Source: an uncultured virus (IMG/VR IMGVR_UViG_3300029286_002633) (Duplodnaviria > Heunggongvirae > Uroviricota > Caudoviricetes). Taken from it: a stretch of 57,742 nt of DNA. Below are positions 38,856 through 48,181 of this stretch, piece by piece. Location of the stretch: IMG/VR virus record IMGVR_UViG_3300029286_002633, one strand, 5' to 3'. Every line of letters starts with the position of its first letter. Within the stretch, counting starts at the first letter, position 1. The notes beneath the pieces were generated by a model. It made no database searches. It was not told the DNA's origin and saw only the letters and a list, made by a program, of their open reading frames with translations. A program made the translations under genes and the position numbers.

Positions 38856-39753
38856 AGAGCGTTTAGTCCTGCAAACTAAGTCTATGTTGAACGAAGTGAT
38901 GAAAAGTCCGTTCAAGATATTCTTCAGATGTTATAACTGGGAACCCGTAGGGATAATGACCAAACGGGAGTATAAATACGACCCTGGATGGGGAGGCATG
39001 AGGGTGTGGGGAGTTGGCATGACAACAGATGGCAAACTGTTTTCAGAGCCACTCGATAGAAAAAACAGGCGTACAGGAGAACTTGAGGACCTTGTACAAC
39101 TGGAAACAGACCTTATTGTTGTAACAGCACGCAGTTCGCAAGACCCTGATGATGAGAACGAGGACAACTTCCAATACTTCATGGGACCACATCAGGCGAA
39201 CCGATTCAAAGACATGGAAGACCGTGTCAAAGAGCGTGACCGTATCATTCATGATATGGAAAAGAAGATATTGGAGACAGAACGACTACGAGACTTCTAC
39301 CAACGTGAATCAGAGGCGTATGGCAATGAGATACGGATGCTGAAGACACGTGTAGGGTATGTCTCTGAAAAACTTGCTGACAGTGAGCAACAAACAGACC
39401 ATTATCGGACACTCGTCAAAGTTCAGCAGATATCCAATCTTGGACGAGAAGGCGCATTAGACGAGCAGATGAGCGGTGCCAGGGGCAGAGGAGCATTCCA
39501 GGCGAAAGACAGTGCAGACGTCATCGTTGAAGCCGCAGGGAAGCAGAAAGCGGCACAAAAGCAAATGTCAGCGATGGGCGTAGGGGCGACATCAGACGAG
39601 TTCGCAACCAAATCAGACCTGCATGACATGGAAGGGAAAATAGACAAACTCCTTGACACCATGCAGAAGATACCCGCAGGTGGTGGACCACAGCAACTAC
39701 CGGAGAAAAAGAAATCACCAATGCCGACAAGAACTGAAGAAGCAGAGGAATAA
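38845..39753 (+). CDS. Hypothetical protein with long coiled coil
   Basis: Heptad-rich central region. Confidence 0.75.
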   Translation: MGGRERLVLQTKSMLNEVMKSPFKIFFRCYNWEPVGIMTKREYKYDPGWGGMRVWGVGMTTDGKLFSEPLDRKNRRTGELEDLVQLETDLIVVTARSSQDPDDENEDNFQYFMGPHQANRFKDMEDRVKERDRIIHDMEKKILETERLRDFYQRESEAYGNEIRMLKTRVGYVSEKLADSEQQTDHYRTLVKVQQISNLGREGALDEQMSGARGRGAFQAKDSADVIVEAAGKQKAAQKQMSAMGVGATSDEFATKSDLHDMEGKIDKLLDTMQKIPAGGGPQQLPEKKKSPMPTRTEEAEE

Positions 39754-39755
39754 AC

Positions 39756-40511
39756 ATGGTATCCTCAACGATATACAATCGTTCCGATATCAAAGACAAC
39801 CTCTCAAAACTCTTCACATCAATCGAGGCAATGGACTATGGTACAGCGAAACATGCAGCAGAGAACCTCCGAGACGCTCTTTTGAAATACTATCTTACAA
39901 GAGGCATCAACCCGACGCATTTCTATGAATTATTTGAATCACTTGAATACGACCTTCTCTACGCAACAAAAAACCATTTCAAAAAAGAAATCATCTATGA
40001 CGACTTGCATAAAATCATTATTGAGATACGCACATCAACAAAAGACCCGATGATGCGATTGAAAGAGATATATGATGACATACGGCATCTTGTCCTTAAC
40101 ATCGACAGAGCCAAGATACCCGAACTCCTTGAATGTTTCGATGAGATATCACAACTGAAACCAGAGTTAGAGGCATTAGGCGGCATCACCTTCAACTACT
40201 ATTCACAACTGATGCAACGAGTAGGGGACTGTGAAAGCGCAATGTTACGAGTCGCTCAATCACATCCATCAGATTCATTGTTCAGTATGCTACAGGATAC
40301 CTTCAAAGGATTTTATGAAGCCGCTCAACGTGTCATTGCACCACCGGTACGAATCGAAGTAACAAGAGAACAAATCTACGATGTCTACAAAAAAGGCATT
40401 TCAACAGATGAAATAGCGACCGCAACAGGAATCAGCGAAGAAGACTTACGGGTAATGATACAGAAGGAAGACATAGAACGACAAGCAGACGATGAAGGGA
40501 TGCTTGGCTGA
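39756..40511 (+). CDS. Helical protein with C-terminal HTH
   Basis: YKKGISTDEIATATGISEEDLR. Confidence 0.7.
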   Translation: MVSSTIYNRSDIKDNLSKLFTSIEAMDYGTAKHAAENLRDALLKYYLTRGINPTHFYELFESLEYDLLYATKNHFKKEIIYDDLHKIIIEIRTSTKDPMMRLKEIYDDIRHLVLNIDRAKIPELLECFDEISQLKPELEALGGITFNYYSQLMQRVGDCESAMLRVAQSHPSDSLFSMLQDTFKGFYEAAQRVIAPPVRIEVTREQIYDVYKKGISTDEIATATGISEEDLRVMIQKEDIERQADDEGMLG

Positions 40512-40834
40512 TGAGGTTCAACCGGCGAAACTGGGTGAAATATTTCAACGGATGCAACAAAAAAACAACCATACGAATACGAAAAAGCAAACTTGGGCAT
40601 CACAAGGCATACGCAGGAAGTTACTATCATCCGGAACTACTCGGTGAATTCGACATCATAAAAATCGTGGAGATAAGATACAAGGAGTTAACAGAGCAAA
40701 ATGCCAAGGATGACGGGTTTAACACGCTTGAGGAACTAAAGGCTGAACTTGAAAAACTCAATGGAAAGATACCCGAGGATAAAATCCTGTATCAGAATTG
40801 GACGGTGAATGTGAGGAACAATGACCATAATTGA
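40511..40834 (+). CDS. ASCH (PUA-like) domain protein
   Basis: KKTTIR ... ELTEQNAKDDGFNTLEEL. Confidence 0.8.
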   Translation: MRFNRRNWVKYFNGCNKKTTIRIRKSKLGHHKAYAGSYYHPELLGEFDIIKIVEIRYKELTEQNAKDDGFNTLEELKAELEKLNGKIPEDKILYQNWTVNVRNNDHN

Positions 40835-40976
40835 GAAGAATAAAAAAATACTCGAAATAATGAAACTTGCAAAAGAGATTACAGCAGATGAAGATAAAGA
40901 CTACACTGGATTTGAAGGGAAATTCAACGCAGGTGATGGTAGACTCTTCAAAATAAAATTATCACGATGGAAATAA
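40821..40976 (+). CDS. Small hypothetical protein (51 aa, not in ORF track)
   Basis: GAGG before ATG; MTIIEKNKKILE...LSRWK. Confidence 0.55.
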   Translation: MTIIEKNKKILEIMKLAKEITADEDKDYTGFEGKFNAGDGRLFKIKLSRWK

Positions 40977-40990
40977 GGGTGGTCAGAAAA

Positions 40991-41110
40991 ATGGAACAAA
41001 AAATAAGTCCGTTGTTTTCAACATATAAAGATGCGGAAGATGTAAGTTATGGAGAAATCGTGAATAAAATCAATGAAATTGTTAAGTATATCAATGAATT
41101 TGACCTATGA
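40991..41110 (+). CDS. Small hypothetical protein (39 aa)
   Basis: MEQKISPLF...NEFDL; ATGA overlap with the next gene. Confidence 0.5.
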   Translation: MEQKISPLFSTYKDAEDVSYGEIVNKINEIVKYINEFDL

Positions 41111-41214
41111 AAAAGAAAAAACAGCCAGCGATATGCCCGAAATGTGGTAAAGAAGGATACTCACGTGAGCATAAGTATTGTCCTCATTGCGGAACCGGAA
41201 AAATAATGGTGTAA
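41107..41214 (+). CDS. 35-aa zinc-ribbon microprotein
   Basis: CPKCG...YCPHCG. Confidence 0.7.
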   Translation: MKKKKQPAICPKCGKEGYSREHKYCPHCGTGKIMV

Positions 41215-41217
41215 ACC

Positions 41218-41547
41218 ATGTCTGATAAACCAAAAGTGAGATTCAAAGGGAGCATAAGAATACACGTACGAGACAATATATTCGGGAACGCCATGGTTGT
41301 CAACACAGATTTTGCAGGGAACAAACAAGAGGATATCATCAAAAAAGCAAAAGAACGAATCGACAAATACGCTACAATGATTTCAACAGAGATTAACGAA
41401 AAGACATTGCATAGCCATGCTAAGAGCCTAATGGAGCACGACGGCTGGTCAGTTAAAAAAGTGAAAAATCATTTTGCGCGGTATGGAATAGACATCGACC
41501 CTTTCATCAATCCACAGAAGAAACTGCCTGTGGAAAAGGTGAAATAA
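41218..41547 (+). CDS. Hypothetical protein
   Basis: ORF in operon. Confidence 0.65.
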   Translation: MSDKPKVRFKGSIRIHVRDNIFGNAMVVNTDFAGNKQEDIIKKAKERIDKYATMISTEINEKTLHSHAKSLMEHDGWSVKKVKNHFARYGIDIDPFINPQKKLPVEKVK

Positions 41548-41593
41548 CATGCTCTCTGAAAAAAGTAAAACATCATTTTGCGCGGAGAAATAA

Positions 41594-42112
41594 ATGGTAG
41601 GCGAAAAAGTCATATTGCTCACAGAATGGGGAGAGGCATCATGTCCCTATTGTCGTTATGTTTACTATTCTATACTTCGTGACCTTGTGGTACGAAGAGA
41701 CCAACTTAACCGTAAACTCATAAAAGAGGGGCAATATCCCATGCCTATCCTTGAGATACATTTCGTTGATGTAGAGGCGAACCGTGGAAGCAAGGAAATG
41801 CAATGGTTCGAGTTGTACTCTCGGAAGGTTGGTGGGCGTTTCACACCAGCGATACGAGTTGGACCAAGTGCGAAGATATTCTATCTTTGGGGTCAGAAAG
41901 AAAAAACAGAAATCCTCGAAAAAAAACATATGTCAAATACTGATAAACTCAAAGCAGACCTTGTTGCAGAAATAGAAGATGTCCTCTCTCGAATCGACAG
42001 GAAACCAAAATATTATGACGAGTTTTTGTATAATCCAAAGAGGGCGACAGAATTTGTTACGCCTCGTGTCATGAATACACCATATCAGGGCTTCATTGGA
42101 GGGCGGGATTAA
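41594..42112 (+). CDS. Thioredoxin/glutaredoxin-fold protein
   Basis: CPYC motif, IHFVDVE, FTPAI cis-Pro loop. Confidence 0.7.
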   Translation: MVGEKVILLTEWGEASCPYCRYVYYSILRDLVVRRDQLNRKLIKEGQYPMPILEIHFVDVEANRGSKEMQWFELYSRKVGGRFTPAIRVGPSAKIFYLWGQKEKTEILEKKHMSNTDKLKADLVAEIEDVLSRIDRKPKYYDEFLYNPKRATEFVTPRVMNTPYQGFIGGRD

Positions 42113-42876
42113 TGCCACGCAGATTCATACTGAGCAACAAACCAGGCGCAGACCTTCACTATGCGGTGGAGGCAGCAAACTATGATGATAGTGTCATCCT
42201 TGAAGTAGATAGCGATGGGCATATCATCGGGCATCTACCGGTGTTACCTGACACGGAATACATGTATAAGCCTGAGCCTGACCCTGAATACAACCGTCCA
42301 CAGAAGATTGTTACAGCAGAGGGTGAAGTTGAGATACCAGTCATGGTTCCGGAAGGAAAGATTGCGAGTGGCGAGAATCCTTTCATTCAACTGATTTATC
42401 GTTACGTCAAGAGAACAGGTGTCGCAACAGAAGAAGACATCATAAGATATATCATGACAGAGAAACGATTTCTCCCAAAAGATAGGTATGGGATGAAACG
42501 TATAAAGAAATATATCTCCCAGATGTGTGTTGCACGGACTCAAAGAGAAAAAGATGAGGGTTTTGGTGCCCTTGGCGGGTTGCTTGTGAAACAGGAAGGC
42601 GGATATGCTGTCGGTTTACCATTGCAAACAGGTAGGCATCTCCTTGATGTCTATACCGGTTATGACCCGTTTGAATATCATATGGCTCGGTATGTTGAGA
42701 ATAAGGGTGTTGTGAGTCGTGATGAGTTGCATCGTTTGATGCTTGACCGGATGAAACTCGCAAGGAAAGGTTCTACTGTAGAGTATTATATCAACAAAAT
42801 GCTACGTGACAAGTGCATTGTTGTCGTGGCAGCAAATTGGTTTGAATACAAGAAATTCCCTGATTTAATTAAATAA
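42112..42876 (+). CDS. Protein with two tandem winged-helix-like domains
   Basis: NPFIQLIYRYVKRTGVATEEDI / DPFEYHMARYVENKGVVSRDEL internal repeat. Confidence 0.6.
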   Translation: MPRRFILSNKPGADLHYAVEAANYDDSVILEVDSDGHIIGHLPVLPDTEYMYKPEPDPEYNRPQKIVTAEGEVEIPVMVPEGKIASGENPFIQLIYRYVKRTGVATEEDIIRYIMTEKRFLPKDRYGMKRIKKYISQMCVARTQREKDEGFGALGGLLVKQEGGYAVGLPLQTGRHLLDVYTGYDPFEYHMARYVENKGVVSRDELHRLMLDRMKLARKGSTVEYYINKMLRDKCIVVVAANWFEYKKFPDLIK

Positions 42877-42894
42877 TTATTGTTATAACAATAA
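42877..42894. promoter_or_regulatory. Perfect 18-bp palindrome TTATTGTTATAACAATAA
   Basis: Direct reading; same core recurs elsewhere. Confidence 0.7.
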
Positions 42895-42907
42895 GAGGTG
42901 ATTCTTT

Positions 42908-43129
42908 ATGCGAACTAAATGGACGGAAAAAGCAAGACGTTTGGCTGAGAAACATGGTCTATGGGATGAAGATGGTGGGGCAATAGAGAATATTTTAGTC
43001 CATTCGGGGCAATGGCGTCCATCTCCGATATTAGCAGTTGGTGTCGAGGATGAAGAGCACCATCAGATATGGTGGAGAAATAAAGACGGAACAATAGATG
43101 TGGCGGTGAATATAAGATATTTCAAGTAG
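42908..43129 (+). CDS. Hypothetical protein
   Basis: GAGGTGA RBS. Confidence 0.7.
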   Translation: MRTKWTEKARRLAEKHGLWDEDGGAIENILVHSGQWRPSPILAVGVEDEEHHQIWWRNKDGTIDVAVNIRYFK

Positions 43130-43232
43130 GGTTGGTATATTGGCATATGATGTGAAATAGGAATCTCCCCATGATATTCCCAATCCTCAAATGTCAAGCC
43201 AAAAACCTTAACTTGATGTTATAACAATAAAA

Positions 43233-43436
43233 TTAGATTACCCCATGTGATTCTCGAATGATTTTCAGACACCAATGATGGTTGTCTGTCTCCCATATAT
43301 CTGCTCTACGTTTTCCTTCGATTTCCGCCTCTTTATCATTCCCAATGAAATGACTTCCTGTGTCTTCATGCTCAATATCGTCTTCATCGACAAAGATGTA
43401 AGACCACCATCGCTTCGCTTCAGGATTAGACACCAT
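43233..43436 (-). CDS. Hypothetical protein
   Basis: Last gene of the minus-strand run. Confidence 0.55.
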   Translation of the reverse strand: MVSNPEAKRWWSYIFVDEDDIEHEDTGSHFIGNDKEAEIEGKRRADIWETDNHHWCLKIIRESHGVI

Positions 43437-43824
43437 GGAACGCCTCTATTTCCCATCGTAGCCCAGGTGGAAGGTTTTCTTTGGTTAAACAAGTGAGTTG
43501 CGGGCAGATGGTATAACAATTTATTCCTTTTTCTTCTGCTTCGATATAGATGCAATATCGGCAATAGAATTTGTTTGTTTTCTTTACAGTTCTTGAAAGG
43601 GTCTTTAATTCCCCTTGGCTTGTTCGTAGTTCATGTTGAAGTCGTGGGCAGTAATCCTTGCTGTGGTAAAGCCCCATCAGTTTGTTATCTTTGATTACGC
43701 CATACATTTCTTTATACCACATCCATGTAGTATTTATCACACGCTTGATTTGTGCAAACAAGTTTATCCACTGATTTTCTGTAATAGAGTTTACGTTGAC
43801 ATGTGTCACATCGTGGAATCTCAT
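43426..43824 (-). CDS. Hypothetical Cys-containing protein
   Basis: ORF in minus-strand run. Confidence 0.55.
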   Translation of the reverse strand: MRFHDVTHVNVNSITENQWINLFAQIKRVINTTWMWYKEMYGVIKDNKLMGLYHSKDYCPRLQHELRTSQGELKTLSRTVKKTNKFYCRYCIYIEAEEKGINCYTICPQLTCLTKENLPPGLRWEIEAFHGV

Positions 43825-43996
43825 TCATTTCTTCTTCTCCCAATACCAGCAATCACCTAACGGGTCAATAATCTTATACCGATAATGACCACGATAACGA
43901 ACACGTTTTCTGACTTTACACATCATCGTCGCCATCATTTCATCTGGTGTTTGTCGTTTCCAAGCAGTCCATGTCATCATACCACCACAAATTGCA

Positions 43997-44233
43997 CTAC
44001 CCATTCTTCAGCCTCTCTCTATGTTTTTTTGTTTCATTCTCTATGAAATCAGCGATGTCACGATTGCATGTTTCTTCGTAAACAGTATCAGGATTTGGGA
44101 AATACGCATATTTTCTCCAAGGTCCATACCATTTGACGAAACCAAGGGTGAAGCCATCCTCTTTACTTCTAACGAGCCAGATGCTTGTTTTTTCCCCCGC
44201 TTTGTATAAATCGAAATCAATCCATTTCGGCAA
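43997..44233 (-). CDS. Phage-type hypothetical protein
   Basis: LGFVKWYGPWRKYAYFP..TVYEETCNRDIADFI pattern. Confidence 0.7.
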   Translation of the reverse strand: MPKWIDFDLYKAGEKTSIWLVRSKEDGFTLGFVKWYGPWRKYAYFPNPDTVYEETCNRDIADFIENETKKHRERLKNG

Positions 44234-44432
44234 TTTGTCTCAACCCTTTTTTGAATGTATCAATCTTCGGCATGATGATTTTCTGGAATATCGGGTCTCT
44301 ATCCGAAATCCCATGCTTGTCTTTCATATGTTTTCTGCCGTCATGACCGGCTGTGCTGCGGTCTGTTGGCTTGTATCCTCGATGTGGACAGCCTTTCTCA
44401 GTGCAGGACCATAACCATTTTATCGCCATCAC
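44217..44432 (-). CDS. Small C2H2-like Zn-finger protein
   Basis: WSCTEKGC...HMKDKH. Confidence 0.6.
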   Translation of the reverse strand: MMAIKWLWSCTEKGCPHRGYKPTDRSTAGHDGRKHMKDKHGISDRDPIFQKIIMPKIDTFKKGLRQIAEMD

Positions 44433-44719
44433 TTTTCCCTCGTCAATTCAGGAATGAAATAGAATCCGTCTTTATCTAAACGATAGAAATTCCTTGTTCG
44501 TGGTATATCTATCCCTGAGATGAGTTCAAAATATTTTCCTTCTACCGTTCTACAGACGATTGTTAAAGGATATATCCCATGTCCACAACAGGAACCCACT
44601 GTTTTGAATCCCATGTCTCGCATTACTCTTATGAAATGTCGTATACACGGGTCAACCCTGAATTGCTCAGTATCTCTTTCAGTTGTAAAACACATTACTG
44701 AACTTCTTTTTTGGCACAT
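44429..44719 (-). CDS. Hypothetical protein with VDxCI...TxxSCCGH motif
   Basis: VDPCIRHFIRVMRDMGFKTVGSCCGHG. Confidence 0.65.
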   Translation of the reverse strand: MCQKRSSVMCFTTERDTEQFRVDPCIRHFIRVMRDMGFKTVGSCCGHGIYPLTIVCRTVEGKYFELISGIDIPRTRNFYRLDKDGFYFIPELTREK

Positions 44720-45198
44720 TATTTTGGTGTCTCCAATAAATCAAGATTGAACTTGTTATTTTCAAGCATCTCATAGACAGTCATTTTGAGTTTATCATTG
44801 TAGATATAAGGAAGGAATATTTCTTCTATCTTCACCATTTCAATGGCAAGTAATGTGAGTTGGGCATCAAGCCAATCCTTGACGATACGCCAAGCGACTC
44901 TGTTTGCTTGTGCTATCGCCCATTCGCCATCCCAGTATTTCCGAGGCAAAAGACCATCACTCACTTGTTTCTTGAATACAGCAAGAACACGGTCTGGATG
45001 TATAGGCAAACGAACACCCATCTTCCCATGTTCTGTCACGATAGCAAAAATAAGCATCACTGGCACCTCTTTATCATATTCTTTCATAATATGAGTTGCA
45101 CCATATTTTGCAAGCATCTTCTCTATCTCGGCTACGGTTCTGCTCACTGGTACTTCAGTACTGAAATTCTTTACACGGTCATAGGATTTTCCGGACAT
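44719..45198 (-). CDS. Phage-type hypothetical protein
   Basis: NFSTEVPV...QANRVAWRIVKDWLDAQ...EIFLPY, a motif I associate with prophage proteins. Confidence 0.75.
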   Translation of the reverse strand: MSGKSYDRVKNFSTEVPVSRTVAEIEKMLAKYGATHIMKEYDKEVPVMLIFAIVTEHGKMGVRLPIHPDRVLAVFKKQVSDGLLPRKYWDGEWAIAQANRVAWRIVKDWLDAQLTLLAIEMVKIEEIFLPYIYNDKLKMTVYEMLENNKFNLDLLETPK

Positions 45199-45320
45199 TT
45201 TTCCCTCTGTGTATACGTTCTCACCTTAAAATATAAAAATACTTGAGTGATTTATATTTTGAGGAAGCATGAAGGAAATGGAGTTTAGTAAGGAGTTTAT
45301 AGAAAGGTTCCGTGAACTGT

Positions 45321-45758
45321 TTACAGGATAGGCGGTTTCTTGTTGTTTGTAAGTCTATCTTTCACGTAGTCTGGTGCATCTCTGTCAAAATTTAGAGCAT
45401 CATCTGCTGGTATTTGCTGTTGTCTTTTATCTTGTGCGTATTTTACTTCCATCAGGTCTATCAATTGGTCTATTTTTTTGTTGAGTGGCGCTATTTTTTC
45501 CTCTATCCTTTGGTTCACTCTGTCTTCCTCGTCTCGTTTTCGGATGAGTGGCGCTGCTTGTTCAAGCCCTTTCGGGTCAAGCATGTTGATGCCGAACTCT
45601 TTTCCAAAGTCACGTAGCGTCCTCACAGCGTTTTTGACTGCGACATGGTCAAATACCACTTTCTTTGCTATCGCCACCTCATCATTTGATGGTTTCCTCG
45701 ATGTTGAAACATCTTCTATTTTCTCTTTTCTTCTAAGTATGCCCATTTTCCACCTCAT
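45321..45758 (-). CDS. Hypothetical protein
   Basis: ORF; start may be the second Met (MGILRR). Confidence 0.65.
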   Translation of the reverse strand: MRWKMGILRRKEKIEDVSTSRKPSNDEVAIAKKVVFDHVAVKNAVRTLRDFGKEFGINMLDPKGLEQAAPLIRKRDEEDRVNQRIEEKIAPLNKKIDQLIDLMEVKYAQDKRQQQIPADDALNFDRDAPDYVKDRLTNNKKPPIL

Positions 45759-46092
45759 TTAACTTATGGATAATATTTTCATAGTATTTTATCTCTTTCT
45801 GTGCTTTTTCTTTTAGTATTGTGATTATCTGTGGTGTTTTTTTCGCTAAAATGTAATTGTATACCGGTCGTCCTTGCACCGAACGTGTCTCTCCTTTTTT
45901 CTTTATCCATCCTCGTTCGTTAAGTAATGCGAGTGCTGTGCATGCCTCGGGTTGCCGAAGGTCCATTATTTTTTCGATGTCCCTGCTGTGTCCTTGTTTA
46001 TGTTCAAGCAAGTAAGCGAGTACTTTTGCTTCATTAGGTTTCAACCCAACTGATATAAAAGCATCAATATATTCGCTTTTTATAACTGTCAT
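45733..46092 (-). CDS. Archaeal TrmB/ArsR-like winged-HTH transcriptional regulator
   Basis: GLKPNEAKVLAYL...SRDIE..MDLRQPE...L.ERGWI...GRP..Y. Confidence 0.85.
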   Translation of the reverse strand: MTVIKSEYIDAFISVGLKPNEAKVLAYLLEHKQGHSRDIEKIMDLRQPEACTALALLNERGWIKKKGETRSVQGRPVYNYILAKKTPQIITILKEKAQKEIKYYENIIHKLNEVENGHT

Positions 46093-46199
46093 AGAATAAG
46101 TGAGATATTATATCTGCTTATAAATTTATTGTTTTTCCTGTCTGAGTGGCGATACAAAAACTTTATAATAGAATATGTGATATGACTTCCGTGAGGTAT

Positions 46200-46219
46200 A
46201 TTTCATATCAATATGAAAT
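46200..46219. promoter_or_regulatory. Inverted repeat ATTTCATAT-CA-ATATGAAAT in divergent promoter region
   Basis: Perfect 9-bp arms between the regulator and the 46262 operon. Confidence 0.55.
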
Positions 46220-46261
46220 GAAATATAGAGAGGCAATAAATTGTTGGAGGATAATGTAAAT

Positions 46262-46471
46262 ATGGCATTTGGAAAGAAACAACAGAATGATGAACGTGTT
46301 GTGAATTTGGGGCAGATGGATTCAGCGACGTGCAACGCCTTAAACGGGACTCAGAACGAGAACCGTCAATGTATGGTGAACACGGTTCAGCACCCCGACG
46401 ACCCTGATACGCTTATCATCAGGAAAATGAGATACAATAAGCCTGGCGACGGAATCGCACCTCAAGACTAA
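46262..46471 (+). CDS. Small hypothetical protein
   Basis: GGAGG upstream of ATG; MAFGKKQQ... Confidence 0.65.
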   Translation: MAFGKKQQNDERVVNLGQMDSATCNALNGTQNENRQCMVNTVQHPDDPDTLIIRKMRYNKPGDGIAPQD

Positions 46472-46493
46472 ACTCAAGAGGAAATTGATTCTT

Positions 46494-48050
46494 ATGCGAC
46501 GTTGCCTCAGTTTACTTCTTATTCTTCTTCTTATGGCATGTGCTAATCTGGTTCAGTTCGGGTCAGCAACATCACCTGCTATTTTGAATGTCACTCCTGT
46601 TAACGGAGCAACAAATCTTTCTTTTAACAACAATGTTACTAAAGCGATATATCTTCGTGCAAACATCACTGATATTAATGGAGATTTGAAATATATTCTT
46701 TTTGAGACAAACAGAACGGGGAATTGGTCAAAGATTGCTGATGCGAATATCACAGGAAACTGGACGACCAGTACCTATGTCCCTTTCACTAATCTCACTA
46801 AAAACACAAAATACTGGTGGAGAATAAAAGCAAGAGATAACACAAATAATTGGACAAATACCACTGTATATAGTTTTACAATAGGGAAGGCGAGTACGGG
46901 AGGGGGGAATGGAACAGGTGGTGGTGGCACTTCAAAAGTGAACATCACCATTGTTCCTTCTGAACCAAAATCAGGTGGTACAGTCATTTTCCTTATTAAT
47001 AAAAACAATGCATCTGGATATGTTATTTGTAATGCGACCATGAATGTGTATCCTATTCTTTTCACACAAGGACTTGGAAGTATAAAACTTGACGATGATT
47101 ACGGACCAGCATTAGTATATATTGTGAATTATGGGACAAAACTCTTCACGATTAAACATGAGTATCAAGGAAATTTGCTCATTGATGCACCATTCAGTGC
47201 TGACGTAAATGAAAAGGTTGACATCGCTGTTCTTTCGCAAGGAGAATACGTTTCCGCTACATTATCGTTTACATCACCATCAAATCACACTACATCTCGA
47301 CAGACTGGTAAATCAGGACCGATAAGTTATACATTTATAGAGGCAGGAGATTGGACTTTACATGCTAACGCATATTATACAAATATCACAAAAAAGATAT
47401 ATATCAATCCTGACCCGATAGAAATCACGGTAAGCGAAAACATAGAAATCGGTCATGAAACAGTCATTAATGTGAACTCTCCTAATGCTGAAGTCGTGAT
47501 AAAGAAAGGTGATGCGACATGGACATACCAATCTGATTCTAACGGCGAGATTCTTTTCGAGCCATTGTTCTCGGGTCGTTACACCATCACGGCAACATCA
47601 TCAAATCAGAAAGGCACAAAGACATTTGATGTGAAATCACGAACAGAAATGTCGATAATAAACACAAAGGGGAAAGCCGAAATAACTGAAGGAGATGTTC
47701 TGATTATGCAGATTCAAGATACCGAAGGGAACAGCGTGAAATCAGGTTCTCTTGAAATATACGGAGATGGTGTTCCAATTCAAACTCTGGAATATGATGG
47801 GATAACGTATTGGACAGCAACTCCACAGGCGAAAATCTATGAGTTTCATTATGTTCCTGATAGCGAACTATTCATAGCATCACAAGAAACAGTTAGAGGC
47901 GTTCCCCCAGATATGACAATGATTTACATCGGTGTCACTATTATAGCAATCATTATCTTTATCAGTGTTCTCCTGCTGAATCGGGCGGGTTATTTGAATA
48001 TCGGTGCATTGAAAGGTCTATCTGGTGGAGTGAAAGACGATTTGCTTTAA
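46494..48050 (+). CDS. Membrane-anchored FN3/Ig-repeat surface protein
   Basis: Signal peptide, YWWRIKARD, Gly linker, beta-rich repeats, C-terminal TM. Confidence 0.8.
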   Translation: MRRCLSLLLILLLMACANLVQFGSATSPAILNVTPVNGATNLSFNNNVTKAIYLRANITDINGDLKYILFETNRTGNWSKIADANITGNWTTSTYVPFTNLTKNTKYWWRIKARDNTNNWTNTTVYSFTIGKASTGGGNGTGGGGTSKVNITIVPSEPKSGGTVIFLINKNNASGYVICNATMNVYPILFTQGLGSIKLDDDYGPALVYIVNYGTKLFTIKHEYQGNLLIDAPFSADVNEKVDIAVLSQGEYVSATLSFTSPSNHTTSRQTGKSGPISYTFIEAGDWTLHANAYYTNITKKIYINPDPIEITVSENIEIGHETVINVNSPNAEVVIKKGDATWTYQSDSNGEILFEPLFSGRYTITATSSNQKGTKTFDVKSRTEMSIINTKGKAEITEGDVLIMQIQDTEGNSVKSGSLEIYGDGVPIQTLEYDGITYWTATPQAKIYEFHYVPDSELFIASQETVRGVPPDMTMIYIGVTIIAIIIFISVLLLNRAGYLNIGALKGLSGGVKDDLL

Positions 48051-48136
48051 ACAAAACAGTAGTTGTCTATCATTACCCCCCCATCTTCAATGCATTTCTG
48101 TTCAAAAGCCTGTTTTAATTCATCGGGGGAAAACAT
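48047..48136 (-). CDS. Possible 29-aa micropeptide MFSPDELKQAFEQKCIEDGGVMIDNYCFV
   Basis: TTTATA ~25 nt upstream on the minus strand; CxxxGG...C motif shared with other ORFs. Confidence 0.4.
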   Translation of the reverse strand: MFSPDELKQAFEQKCIEDGGVMIDNYCFV

Positions 48137-48181
48137 TAAAGAAACAAAAACAGATATTGGTATAAAAACTTGGTGATAAAA

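Noticed and set aside
41468..41585. 14-nt direct repeat ATCATTTTGCGCGG (41468, 41572)
   Set aside because: Only two copies with no associated element; could be a small duplication scar or chance
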